Of a DNA stretch of 64,000 nucleotides, positions 47,446 to 57,052 are shown piece after piece; the first letter of the stretch is position 1, and every line of letters begins with the position of its first letter. The DNA comes from Candidatus Omnitrophota bacterium (GTDB taxonomy: Bacteria; Omnitrophota; Gorgyraeia; Gygaellales; Profunditerraquicolaceae). The stretch lies in contig JBAZTA010000006.1 in assembly GCA_041662125.1 (NCBI GenBank), positions 5,699 through 69,698 of the forward strand, written 5' to 3'. A program made the position numbers and the translations under genes. Below the pieces are notes generated by a model. It searched no databases and was not told the DNA's origin. It worked only from the letters and a program-made list of their open reading frames with translations.

Positions 47446-48702
47446 TTATTGTTTCAGATCTACTCCTACGGCGCGCTCCAGATCTGCCACGTTCATATCA
47501 TACTCTATTAGTGCTTTATAATATTGCAGTTTAGTCTCAATAAACATCCTTTGATTATCCAAAAGCGCCATAAAATCGCCTTTACCTGAACGAAACGCAA
47601 ACAAGGATACTTCAAGAGAACTCTGCACTATCGGTAAAAGGCTGTTTTTAGAGAGCGCTATTTTGTTTTTCGCGATTTTGGTCTTTACCGCTAAGTCCTT
47701 TACCTCGGCAAACAACTTGTTTTGCATTGCCTTATACGCGGCTTCTGCTTCTTCAAGGCTGGCGATCGCCTCTTTTACCTCATACTTCTGCTTAGTCCAA
47801 AACCAGAGCGGGACGCTAAAAGACAGCATTAAATCCCAGGGGCCAAGCGTTCCGGAAGTAATACCGCGTTGCACGACACTTGCCATCAGATCCGGGAAAA
47901 AACTTTTTTTCGCCAGAGATTTAGCGTGTTTGTTCTTCTCTACCGCCAATGAAAAAATAAGCAGTTCCGGTTGATTCATGACTGTCAATTGGTATAATGA
48001 CTTAATGTCGGCGCTAAAATTCACGTCTTCGCTCAGCTGCGGGATACCAAACGGACTTTCAGGATCTCTATTTAATACCGTATTAAGGCGGGTTTGCCTG
48101 GAAGATTGTTCTAACTCTAAATTTTTTATGGTATTAGCTAAGCGGGCAACCTCCAGATGAATTTTATAGACCTCTTCTTGAGAAAGAGCGCCTACTGAAT
48201 ATTTTGACTCGGCAACTTTCGCAATACCTTCTAATAAAATCAGGCTCTCCTGCATAAGCTCTCTTTCTTTGTAATTCATGAAGAGGTCATAATAGGCATT
48301 CCTCACCTGATTAATGACCTGGAGCTCTTGAGCCTTATATTCCGCGGCAAACATCTGTGATTCGACCACCGCGATCTTGCCTTTTAAAGACAATTTGCCA
48401 AACAAAGGAAAAAATTGCGAGAGAGTCAGCATACGGTCGTCTGGCATGGTTTGATTTAATTTTAAGGTCCCGCGGGGAATACGCTCCAAGGTAAGGCCTA
48501 TACTCGGATCTTCAAGCGACTTCGAAAGTGGGATACGCGCTACAGATGCTTCCCAGCGCTTTTGAGCGGCTAAAATATCGGGGTTATGATTTCTGGCCTC
48601 CTCGATCAGAGGTTCTAAAGAAAGAATGTCTGAGGAATAGGCAATTCCTTGTGTTAAGAATATTGCGCTGATCAAAAATAAAATAAGCGTTTTCTTAAAC
48701 AT
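47446..48702 (-). CDS. cusC: TolC/CusC-family outer-membrane factor
   Basis: 418 aa, signal peptide, duplicated OEP repeats. Confidence 0.8.
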   Translation of the reverse strand: MFKKTLILFLISAIFLTQGIAYSSDILSLEPLIEEARNHNPDILAAQKRWEASVARIPLSKSLEDPSIGLTLERIPRGTLKLNQTMPDDRMLTLSQFFPLFGKLSLKGKIAVVESQMFAAEYKAQELQVINQVRNAYYDLFMNYKERELMQESLILLEGIAKVAESKYSVGALSQEEVYKIHLEVARLANTIKNLELEQSSRQTRLNTVLNRDPESPFGIPQLSEDVNFSADIKSLYQLTVMNQPELLIFSLAVEKNKHAKSLAKKSFFPDLMASVVQRGITSGTLGPWDLMLSFSVPLWFWTKQKYEVKEAIASLEEAEAAYKAMQNKLFAEVKDLAVKTKIAKNKIALSKNSLLPIVQSSLEVSLFAFRSGKGDFMALLDNQRMFIETKLQYYKALIEYDMNVADLERAVGVDLKQ

Positions 48703-48779
48703 CGTGAACCGGACTTTCTAAAATGAAGGACAAGCGCTACGGCTTCAGAAAACAACACAACATGAGATATTTAATTATA

Positions 48780-49898
48780 TCACGACAAAAGAGTTAGGTG
48801 AGAATTATTTGATTCAACATGCACAAACCACTTTTGTGTTTTAACACAAATCTTAACCAACAGCAACATGACCGGAACTTCGATAAAGACTCCGACAACC
48901 GTGGCTAATGATGCTCCGGAAGATAGCCCAAAAAGGATTGTTGACGTCGCAATCGCTACTTCAAAATGATTACTGGCTCCCACTAATGCTGAAGGTGCCG
49001 CATCACGATAAGGCATCTTTAACCACTTCGCTAATCCATAAGAAACTGCGAAAATAAGGCACGTCTGAATAAAAAGCGGAACGGCGATCAGAAAAATAAT
49101 CTGCGGCTGATTAATAATAAGCTCTCCTTTAAATGAAAATAACAAAACAAGAGTAAGTAATAATGCCCCTATTGAAACCGGTGTTAAATAATGCAGAAAC
49201 TTCCCTTCAAACCACTGTAAACCTTTTTTAGCAATGAGCCATTTTCTTGAGTAATATCCTAATAAAAGCGGTAATCCGACATAGATAACCACCGATAAAA
49301 CAATTGTTTGCCAAGGTATAGGCATTTTGTTAACACCCAAAAGCCATCCTCCTAAAGGCGCATAGAGGAACAGCATGGTAAGTGAATTAATTGCGACCAT
49401 CACTAAGGTGTGGCCGTCGTTGCCGCGGGCTAAATGCCCCCAGATCAAAACCATCGCCGTACAAGGCGCTATACCTAAAAGAATACATCCGGATATATAT
49501 GACCTGAAAAGTTCAACCTGCGAGCCGTCCTTGACAATCTCCATCCCCGGCAACCATCCTTTGAAGATAACACCGAGAAAAAGCGTTGCGATTGCCAGCA
49601 TAGTAAACGGTTTAATGCACCAGTTCACAAATAACGTAAGGATAACCGGCTTTGGCGCTTTGCCTGCTTTAATCACCTCGGCAAAATCTATCTTAACCAT
49701 GATAGGATACATCATAAAAAACAGACAGATAGCAATAGGAATAGAAACTTGATAAATAGATAAATTGTCTAATGTAAGAGCGACACCCGGAAAAAATTTT
49801 CCCAGAATGATCCCGAAGCCGATACAGGCAAAAACCCACGCAGTAAGATATTTCTCAAAGAAACTTAAGCGGCGCTCTTGATGTATACCATGTTCCAT
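48780..49898 (-). CDS. acr3: ACR3-family arsenite efflux transporter
   Basis: N-terminus '[27 protein letters not shown]' matches ACR3 (compare B. subtilis '[27 protein letters not shown]'). About 10 TM. Confidence 0.75.
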   Translation of the reverse strand: MEHGIHQERRLSFFEKYLTAWVFACIGFGIILGKFFPGVALTLDNLSIYQVSIPIAICLFFMMYPIMVKIDFAEVIKAGKAPKPVILTLFVNWCIKPFTMLAIATLFLGVIFKGWLPGMEIVKDGSQVELFRSYISGCILLGIAPCTAMVLIWGHLARGNDGHTLVMVAINSLTMLFLYAPLGGWLLGVNKMPIPWQTIVLSVVIYVGLPLLLGYYSRKWLIAKKGLQWFEGKFLHYLTPVSIGALLLTLVLLFSFKGELIINQPQIIFLIAVPLFIQTCLIFAVSYGLAKWLKMPYRDAAPSALVGASNHFEVAIATSTILFGLSSGASLATVVGVFIEVPVMLLLVKICVKTQKWFVHVESNNSHLTLLS

Positions 49899-49910
49899 GT
49901 ATCCCCCCTG

Positions 49911-50600
49911 CTAAAACAACTTCAAGATATAAATCCCGGTATAGTACAAACCTACGATGATAAAAATACCACCCGTTATCCTGCGCATATAATACTCAAA
50001 TTTTGTGATCTTATTAAACCAATGGTTCAAAGAAGTCGCCCCCAACGCAAGAGCAACAGCAAAAACAAGAACTGGCAACCCTGTGCCAATCCCATAAAGA
50101 AGCGGCATGACGATGCCGCTTTTACTGTTGATCGCTAAAGGAATAAGGCTCCCAAAGAATAGCGCCGCAGAAAACGGACAAAACGCCAGAGCGAAAACAA
50201 AACCGAGCGCAAAGGCACCCATAGCTCCAGACTCTACAAGTTTATTGTGATGCTTTTGTGAAAGTGATAGCCCCGGCAAACGGATAGTGATCATCTCAAG
50301 CAAAATAAAACCCATAACAATTAAAAGCGGCCCCAAAGCTTTACCCATGTACTTCTGCAAAGCTTGAGCAACCAGAGGAACGCTGGAGAGTGAATTAATA
50401 ATAATCCACCCCAGAGCAGCATAGGAAACCATCCGCCCGAGGGTATATGCTAATCCGGATAAAAACACCAGCGCCGGATGGGATATTTTTTTAGCGAGGA
50501 AAGAAACAGCAGCCACGTTACTTGCCAAAGGACACGGGCTCACTGACGTTAATATCCCCAGCCATAACGCTGAACCGAAGCCGATCAAAATACCCGTCAT
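49911..50600 (-). CDS. DsbD/CcdA-like thiol-disulfide membrane protein (possibly ArsG-type)
   Basis: 229 aa, 6 TM, conserved Cys in TM1 ('VSPCPLAS') and TM4 ('AFCPFS'). Confidence 0.5.
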   Translation of the reverse strand: MTGILIGFGSALWLGILTSVSPCPLASNVAAVSFLAKKISHPALVFLSGLAYTLGRMVSYAALGWIIINSLSSVPLVAQALQKYMGKALGPLLIVMGFILLEMITIRLPGLSLSQKHHNKLVESGAMGAFALGFVFALAFCPFSAALFFGSLIPLAINSKSGIVMPLLYGIGTGLPVLVFAVALALGATSLNHWFNKITKFEYYMRRITGGIFIIVGLYYTGIYILKLF

Positions 50601-51019
50601 TTTGCTTCCTCTAAAAATGCGCTGACTTGCTCGACAACATAATTAATAAACTTTTGTTTATTACGGGAATAATCCCAGATCTTATCGAGGTTTTTTGATT
50701 TAATCTCTTTTCCATCTTTCTTCAGAGATAAAACCAGCGACTTAGTGTAAAGCTGATAGTCTTGCACAAAATGTTCGTTCTCTTGCTCTTCAACATTGAC
50801 CTCTTTGAACTCAAGTTTCCCTGATGCAAGGGCATCTTTAAAATTCACATCGATCGCTTCCCTCGAATATTTCTCCAGAGTGGTGCAGGTAACGCAGCGG
50901 AAGGATCCATGGAAATAATACACGCTTACCTGGGTGAGGCCGGTTTTCCCCTCTAAAGATGCGCAGAGGTTGCCGCTCATTAAAACAAAGGCCATCAAGA
51001 TCAATAATAATCTTTTCAA
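50597..51019 (-). CDS. secreted thioredoxin-fold CxxC protein (possibly ArsF-type partner of the DsbD-like protein)
   Basis: 140 aa, signal peptide, 'FRCVTCTTLE' CxxC. Overlaps the downstream gene by 4 nt. Confidence 0.45.
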   Translation of the reverse strand: MKRLLLILMAFVLMSGNLCASLEGKTGLTQVSVYYFHGSFRCVTCTTLEKYSREAIDVNFKDALASGKLEFKEVNVEEQENEHFVQDYQLYTKSLVLSLKKDGKEIKSKNLDKIWDYSRNKQKFINYVVEQVSAFLEEAK

Positions 51020-51029
51020 ATTTCCCCTT

Positions 51030-51281
51030 TCATTTACTCAATATTTTCTTTATTTCATCCTTGCTTAAAACCTTGCCCGAAGAGACAACAATACCGTCTA
51101 CCACAAGCGCGGGAGTCAACATTACGCCGCATGCAATGATCTTATCGATATCAGTTATCTTGCCGATCTGAGCTTGGATATTTAACTCTTTTACTGCAAC
51201 TTCGGCATTAACGGCAAGCTGAATACATTTCGGGCAATTAACTCCTAATATCTCAATTTTCATTGGTTTTGCCTCCCCCAT
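51030..51281 (-). CDS. small thioredoxin-family redox-active disulfide protein
   Basis: 83 aa, 'GVNCPKCIQL' with CPKC in a thioredoxin_3-like fold. Confidence 0.65.
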   Translation of the reverse strand: MGEAKPMKIEILGVNCPKCIQLAVNAEVAVKELNIQAQIGKITDIDKIIACGVMLTPALVVDGIVVSSGKVLSKDEIKKILSK

Positions 51282-51332
51282 TTAGACACTCCTTACAAAA
51301 CCAACTTCGCAGCCTGCGCAGCAAATTTCAAA

Positions 51333-51353
51333 GAAATTTGCAAGTGATTAGGC
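51333..51353. promoter_or_regulatory. perfect 9-bp-arm palindrome GCAAATTTC-aaa-GAAATTTGC in the arsM-trx gap
   Basis: The only non-coding gap (93 nt) inside the ars operon. Candidate operator or internal attenuator. Confidence 0.3.
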
Positions 51354-51374
51354 AAAAAGTGATCCTGCCTCCGT

Positions 51375-52160
51375 CTATCTTTTCACTGCCGCGACTTTTA
51401 TGCTAACCACCGCATCCTTGATACTCTTAAGATCATCATTAACCATAGCATCCAGAGGATAATTCGACTCACTCACAACTTTTACATCTTTGAATCCAGC
51501 TGCCGCTATAAACTCCAGATACTCATTTTTCATAATGGCTCCGGCAAAGCAACCGACATACGCCTCAACCGATTCTTTAATGATATTCGGTAACTCCTTG
51601 ACCAACACCAGGTCAGAAACCATCAACCTGCCGTTAGGCTTAAGCACTCTGAATGCCTCCTTAAAACATTTTTGCTTCTCAGGCGAAAGATTAATAACGC
51701 AATTCGATATGATCACATCAATAGAATTATCATCGACAGGGAGTTTCTCAATTTCGCCTAAACGAAACTCTACATTTTTATATTTGCCTTTCTTTGCGTT
51801 CTTTTCAGCTTTTTCAACCATCTCCGGAGTCATATCAACGCCGATAACCCGGCCTGCGAGACCCACTCTTTGCGCCGCCAGAAAAGCGTCGAATCCTGCC
51901 CCGCTTCCTAGATCAAGCACGGCATCACCTTCTCTTAACGAGGCGATGGCGACCGGATTACCGCACCCAAAACCCAAATTCGCGCCTTCCGGAACGGCGT
52001 TGATTTCCGCATCGCTATAACCGACTTTCTTGCTTATAGTTTTTGCCTGGCCTGTACTACCACAACAAGAGTTTGTAGAACAGCATGAAGTATTTTGCCT
52101 GATCGCCTTGGCATAACCTTCTCTAACGATTTTCTTTATATCGCTTGTTTTTCTTTTCAT
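51375..52160 (-). CDS. arsM: arsenite S-adenosylmethionine methyltransferase ArsM
   Basis: N-terminal Cys cluster 'CCSTNSCCG', SAM motif 'VLDLGSGAGFD', and 'VIISNCVINL' with the conserved catalytic Cys, all typical of ArsM. Confidence 0.85.
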   Translation of the reverse strand: MKRKTSDIKKIVREGYAKAIRQNTSCCSTNSCCGSTGQAKTISKKVGYSDAEINAVPEGANLGFGCGNPVAIASLREGDAVLDLGSGAGFDAFLAAQRVGLAGRVIGVDMTPEMVEKAEKNAKKGKYKNVEFRLGEIEKLPVDDNSIDVIISNCVINLSPEKQKCFKEAFRVLKPNGRLMVSDLVLVKELPNIIKESVEAYVGCFAGAIMKNEYLEFIAAAGFKDVKVVSESNYPLDAMVNDDLKSIKDAVVSIKVAAVKR

Positions 52161-52169
52161 AGTACACTC

Positions 52170-53342
52170 CTATTTAACGATAGAACCAAATATCATTCCG
52201 CTTATGGTTGCCATAACAACAACCAAAGTCACATAAACGACAGTCTTTTTAATACCCATAATACTGCGCAATACGAGCATGCTTGGTAAACTTAACGCCG
52301 GACCTGCCAAAAGAAGCGCCAAGGCAGGACCTTTACCCATCCCTGAATTCATCAATCCCTGCAATATGGGCACCTCGGTAAGCGTGGCAAAATACATGAA
52401 TGCCGCTACTACAGACGAAAAGAAATTAGCCCACAAAGAATTCCCGCCGACAAGCGCCACAATAAAGCGCGACGGGATCACTCCTTCATGACCTACCCTT
52501 CCCAAGAGGAATCCCGATACAAGCACGCCACCCAAAAGAAGTGGAAGGATCTGAAGGGCAAAACCCCATGTAGCGCCGATCCATTCTTTTAATTCATCCT
52601 TTTTGAACCATTTAAAGAGCATAACAGATAGGCTCACAAGAGAAAAACCGGCGATCCACCACTTGTACTGATAAATTATTGGCCAGACACCATGGTCACC
52701 CTCAAGCGGCTTACCCCAGTTAGCAAATACAAGGAATACAACCATCGAAGCAAAATAAAGAACTGTCTTGCCTAAAGAGCGGGTTTCTTTTATTTCTCCT
52801 ACATTAAAATCACCGTTTGCATGACGCGCCCGTTCTTCTTTCAAGAATATAAGGTGCATTAATAAACCGATACCGACACTAAAAACAACCGCGCCTATTG
52901 CCCGCGCTAATCCTAATTGCCAGCCAAGGATACGTGCCGTTAGAATAATAGCCAAAACGTTTATGGCAGGCCCTGAATATAGGAAGGCAACCGCAGGCCC
53001 AAGACCAGCCCCTCTTTTATAGATACCTGAAAATAACGGTAGAACCGTACAGGAGCAAACAGCGAGAATCGTTCCGGATACGGAGGCAACGCTATAGGAA
53101 AGGAACTTATTTGCCTGAACGCCGAAATACTTCATGACCGATGCCTGGCTTACAAATACCGAGATCGCTCCAGCGATAAAAAATGCAGGGACAAGGCACA
53201 AAAGCACATGCTCGCGGGCGTACCATTTGACCAGAGCCAAAGCCTCAAAGATTGCGTTATTAAAACGCATATTTTCTACCGGCAGATAAAAACAAGCCAG
53301 AAACGCAGCTAATACATAGAGGAACTTCTTCCAATCTTTCAT
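52170..53342 (-). CDS. arsP: ArsP-family (DUF318) organoarsenical efflux permease
   Basis: 390 aa permease with 'AVCSCTVLP', which matches the ArsP TPFcSCSxxP signature spacing. Confidence 0.7.
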   Translation of the reverse strand: MKDWKKFLYVLAAFLACFYLPVENMRFNNAIFEALALVKWYAREHVLLCLVPAFFIAGAISVFVSQASVMKYFGVQANKFLSYSVASVSGTILAVCSCTVLPLFSGIYKRGAGLGPAVAFLYSGPAINVLAIILTARILGWQLGLARAIGAVVFSVGIGLLMHLIFLKEERARHANGDFNVGEIKETRSLGKTVLYFASMVVFLVFANWGKPLEGDHGVWPIIYQYKWWIAGFSLVSLSVMLFKWFKKDELKEWIGATWGFALQILPLLLGGVLVSGFLLGRVGHEGVIPSRFIVALVGGNSLWANFFSSVVAAFMYFATLTEVPILQGLMNSGMGKGPALALLLAGPALSLPSMLVLRSIMGIKKTVVYVTLVVVMATISGMIFGSIVK

Positions 53343-53644
53343 TTCTTACTCCTTGCGCCGACCTTACAACAGCCACCTTCAATCCGGATGGCTTTAATAT
53401 TAACTAAACCATCAGCAATCTTATTTTGGGCAGAAGTTAAAATCCTTGAGAATGTCGGTCGGGAGATCTTCATTAACTTTGCTGCATCAACCTGTTTCAT
53501 ACCTTCAAGACAAGCTAAACGTACAGCTTCAAACTCATCAAGAAACAGATACACTCCCTCGCACTTGCTTAATGGCTTACACCGTGGTTTGAAACAGCGC
53601 TCACCCGGAGCGCACTTTACCCATCTGGTCTTCTTTGGCCTCAC
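53339..53644 (-). CDS. DUF134/UPF0251 family DNA-binding protein (putative ars operon regulator)
   Basis: GTG start with GGGAGGA 5 nt upstream. 'FKPRCKP...VYLFLDEFEAVRLACLEGMKQVDAAKLMKISRPTFSRIL' fits the UPF0251 sigma-70 region-4-like HTH. C-terminal 'GGCC'. Overlaps arsP by 4 nt. Confidence 0.6.
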   Translation of the reverse strand: MRPKKTRWVKCAPGERCFKPRCKPLSKCEGVYLFLDEFEAVRLACLEGMKQVDAAKLMKISRPTFSRILTSAQNKIADGLVNIKAIRIEGGCCKVGARSKK

Positions 53645-53661
53645 AGATCCTCCCGCCAGTT

Positions 53662-53677
53662 ATGAACATATGTTCAT
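53662..53677. promoter_or_regulatory. perfect 16-bp palindrome ATGAACATATGTTCAT, 18 nt upstream of the DUF134 regulator start
   Basis: Classic operator geometry at the head of the ars operon. Confidence 0.45.
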
Positions 53678-53768
53678 TATTAGTTTAACACATACGCCAG
53701 CTTTGTCAAATAAAAACTCTGAATTATATTAATTAACGTGTGAGGAGGCAGGAACAAAAAAATATTAC

Positions 53769-55160
53769 TTACCACTTCCCTGTTTTCTTCTTGGATGGTT
53801 TTGGTTTATCTTTAAGGACTGCTAAAGACCTTTGCAATTCTTCATCAGGTAAAGAATAATCGGTGAGCTCGCCTTTAAGGAATTTTTCATACCCAGCCAA
53901 ATCCATCAAGCCGTGTCCGCTGTAACTAAAAAGTATGACTTTTTCCTTACCTTCCTCTTTGGCTCTCCTGGCTTCCTCTATAACGCAGGCAATCGCATGG
54001 TTTGTTTCCGGCGCAGGGATCGCGCCTTCGGTCCTGGTCCATATAATTCCTGACTCATAACACTGTATTTGGTTATATGCCCGGGGCGTAAATAATCCTT
54101 CTATCGTAGCCTGGCTTACTAAAGGAGCCACTCCATGGTAACGTAACCCGCCCGCATGGATAGGTGGCGGAACGAATTTATGGCCGAGAGTATGCATCGC
54201 TAATAACGGCGTCAAGCCTGCTAAGTCTCCGAAGTCATAAGAAAACTCACCGCGAGTCAAACTCGGGCAGGCGGTGGGCTCAGTAGGAATGATCTGTATC
54301 TTGGCGCCGTGGATCTTGTCACAGGCAAAAGGAAACGCTATTCCCGCGAAGTTACTCCCTCCGCCTACGCAGCCAATGACAATATCAGGGTTTTTCTCGC
54401 CAATATTCTTAAGCTGTTTTTTTGCTTCAAGCCCGATTATCGTTTGATGAAGCAACACATGATTTAATACGCTTCCCAGCGCATAACGCGTCTTGCCGCT
54501 TTTATCCGTAACCGCTTCTTCTACTGCCTCGCTGATAGCTATGCCCAGGCTGCCGGGAGTTCCCGGCATCTCTTTAAGGACCATCCTGCCGGATTCTGTT
54601 TCATTGCTGGGACTGGCGATACATTGGGCGCCCCAGATCTGCATCATAAGTTTGCGTAACGGCTTCTGGTCAAAACTGATCCTGACCATATATACTTTAC
54701 ATTCAATTCCCAACAAATTACAGGCAAAAGCCAAAGCGCTTCCCCACTGGCCTGCGCCTGTTTCAGTGGTCAATCGTTTAATGCCAAATTGTTTGTTATA
54801 CCACGCCTGAGCCACGGCAGTATTGGGCTTATGACTGCCGGCAGGGCTCATACTTTCATCTTTATAATAAATCCGAGCGGGAGTATCGAGGAACTTTTCT
54901 AAATATACCGCCCTGCGTAAAGGCGAGGGCCTCCAGCGATACAGGATCTCAAGGATCTCCTCAGGTATATCTATCCAGCGTTCCTGAGAGACCTCCTGTT
55001 CAATAAGATTCATCGGGAATACCGCAGATAGCATTTCAGGTTTAATCGGCTTACCGTCCGGGCCAAGAGGCGGCTGCAGGGGAGTCGGCAGATCTGCTGC
55101 TAAGTTATACCACTGCCGCGGCATATCTTTTTCGCTTAAATAAATCTTTTTTTCACTCAT
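53769..55160 (-). CDS. TrpB2-type tryptophan synthase beta-like PLP enzyme
   Basis: 463 aa. N-terminal extension '[15 protein letters not shown]' and '[12 protein letters not shown]' (PLP Lys) are characteristic of the TrpB2 clade. Confidence 0.85.
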   Translation of the reverse strand: MSEKKIYLSEKDMPRQWYNLAADLPTPLQPPLGPDGKPIKPEMLSAVFPMNLIEQEVSQERWIDIPEEILEILYRWRPSPLRRAVYLEKFLDTPARIYYKDESMSPAGSHKPNTAVAQAWYNKQFGIKRLTTETGAGQWGSALAFACNLLGIECKVYMVRISFDQKPLRKLMMQIWGAQCIASPSNETESGRMVLKEMPGTPGSLGIAISEAVEEAVTDKSGKTRYALGSVLNHVLLHQTIIGLEAKKQLKNIGEKNPDIVIGCVGGGSNFAGIAFPFACDKIHGAKIQIIPTEPTACPSLTRGEFSYDFGDLAGLTPLLAMHTLGHKFVPPPIHAGGLRYHGVAPLVSQATIEGLFTPRAYNQIQCYESGIIWTRTEGAIPAPETNHAIACVIEEARRAKEEGKEKVILFSYSGHGLMDLAGYEKFLKGELTDYSLPDEELQRSLAVLKDKPKPSKKKTGKW

Positions 55161-55819
55161 CGCTTCAACTCCTTTGTTAAAGGATCAAATGCAGGGTGTT
55201 TTACGATACGTTTCAAAGCTTTTCTTAGCAAACTCTTCCCCGGCTCTTTACGATGCCAGGGAGAGGCTCCCGAAGGATGCGGCAAGGGAATAAGATCAAA
55301 ACGATCATGCTCGCGCGTTATCGTGAACTTTTTACCGATGATCTGATCAAGCTTTTGCAAAGGGATGAATTGTTCTATAGCCAGCTTGCCGACAGGAATG
55401 ACTAATGCCGGTTTGAGTATCTTTAATTCGCGGTTAAGCCAGGCGCTGCAATGCAACACCTCATCGGGCGACGGAACGCGGTCCCCGCCCAAGGGATTTT
55501 TCCCGGGGAAACACCGGCACACCGCTGCCATATATATGGAAGCGCGGAATTGTTCTTCACTCATTCCCGCGGCCTCGGTGAACCAGCGAAAAAGTGTCTT
55601 GCCCGCGGTCCAGGCAAACGGCCGCCCTAGCTTCGGCTCCTTATCCCCCGGAGCCTGGCCCACCAAAAGAATTTTGCTCACCACGGGCCCGCCGCTAACC
55701 ACCGGCGGATGCATCCGCGGACACAAAGCACACTGCCGCAATTTCTCAACATGCGCGGTGAGTTTTTTGGCAATATCCATATTATAGTATAGACCCGGAG
55801 AGGAGTTCTCGTGCCCCAT
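55157..55819 (-). CDS. uracil-DNA glycosylase superfamily protein, family-4-like with Fe-S cysteines
   Basis: 'LLVGQAPG' (a GE[AG]PG-type motif with Q), 'HPS' near the C-terminus, and Cys residues 'CALCP', 'CRCF', 'HCSAW'. Confidence 0.75.
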   Translation of the reverse strand: MGHENSSPGLYYNMDIAKKLTAHVEKLRQCALCPRMHPPVVSGGPVVSKILLVGQAPGDKEPKLGRPFAWTAGKTLFRWFTEAAGMSEEQFRASIYMAAVCRCFPGKNPLGGDRVPSPDEVLHCSAWLNRELKILKPALVIPVGKLAIEQFIPLQKLDQIIGKKFTITREHDRFDLIPLPHPSGASPWHRKEPGKSLLRKALKRIVKHPAFDPLTKELKR

Positions 55820-56495
55820 TCTTGTCTTGAATATATACTTCAGGAATGAATTCGATTGAATTAGGGATAAGTTCGGCTATGACTTTCTTTATTCGCGCCT
55901 GCTGTGTTTGATTCTGATCATTAAAGATAGGATTAAGGCTCAGATCGTTCAATAAAAGAATGACCGGCACTCGCGAGAATGTGTAATCTTTTAAAAGCTT
56001 TTTGATAAAAAGGTCTAGATAATCCGGCTTGTCTTTGAATACATCAACAGCGGTTTTAAAAGTGATTTTCCCCCAATCTTCATCAATTTTCTTATGAATG
56101 AACGCATAGACAGAAGAATATTTGATCAATGCAGTCTTACCGGGGGTTAACCTTCTGGCCTCATTGATAATGACAGCAGTGAGTTCGGAATGTTTAAATG
56201 ATTTGATTTCTTTATGGATATCGATAGCCAGAAGGTCAAAAGCATAAACGCCGCGCACGCTGGATGTGGCTTCGATGGTGCTGCGCTTCACAAAATCCTC
56301 CACCGCATCCCAGAGAAGGATTTCGTCATTGCGAATAAAATTCAATGCCAAGAAATCGCAGGTTTGATCTTCGCGAACCGCTTTATATTGACGGACTTTC
56401 TCCTGATTATGCCCGGAATACGTTATTTCGTCAAAAAGCGGCATATGCCGGAAGAGAATTGAATCTTGAAACCCGGAATCAATTAAATTGAGCAT
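55782..56495 (-). CDS. hypothetical protein
   Basis: 237 aa with no recognisable motifs. Overlaps the UDG gene by 38 nt. Confidence 0.4.
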   Translation of the reverse strand: MLNLIDSGFQDSILFRHMPLFDEITYSGHNQEKVRQYKAVREDQTCDFLALNFIRNDEILLWDAVEDFVKRSTIEATSSVRGVYAFDLLAIDIHKEIKSFKHSELTAVIINEARRLTPGKTALIKYSSVYAFIHKKIDEDWGKITFKTAVDVFKDKPDYLDLFIKKLLKDYTFSRVPVILLLNDLSLNPIFNDQNQTQQARIKKVIAELIPNSIEFIPEVYIQDKNGARELLSGSIL

Positions 56496-56536
56496 ACATT
56501 AATCTTCCCAGCGAAAATACAGGGAGATCCTCCCCC

Positions 56537-57052
56537 TTATTGCGCAACCAACTTATTTATTAAAGCATTACCCGATGAATCCACTAAAACTTCAACCCTG
56601 ACCGAACTCTTATTCCCCTGCATATTTTTTTCGATTCCTTTACCAACACCCTCCGGGACAAAATAACTCTCAATTCCATAATTAAGCTCTAATTTCTTAT
56701 TATAACAAGATCTAACGCTGGCCTTGATATATACCCTATTATCAGAAACAGGCATTTTTGTGTTAACGGCTGTTGCTTCCCAGGATCTTTCTCCTGGTTC
56801 AACTTTTACATAAACTTTCCTGCCATATTCATAATATGATCTCTCACTGGCCGTCTTCTGCAAGTCAATCGAACTTATTTTATACCGCAAGATAACATAA
56901 TCGCCTCTCAAGAAATCCCGGGGGTCTACGGGGACAGTTTCGAGAAGCACAGTTTTACCTGTCCGTATAATATGCTGTTTAGAAATGATCAAACCCACCG
57001 CCACCGCTATCCATATAAGGCTCACGGCAAAAAAAATCAGCTTTTTATTCAT
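56537..57052 (-). CDS. GDYXXLXY domain-containing protein
   Basis: 171 aa with an N-terminal TM helix and the literal motif 'GDYVILRY'. Confidence 0.6.
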   Translation of the reverse strand: MNKKLIFFAVSLIWIAVAVGLIISKQHIIRTGKTVLLETVPVDPRDFLRGDYVILRYKISSIDLQKTASERSYYEYGRKVYVKVEPGERSWEATAVNTKMPVSDNRVYIKASVRSCYNKKLELNYGIESYFVPEGVGKGIEKNMQGNKSSVRVEVLVDSSGNALINKLVAQ

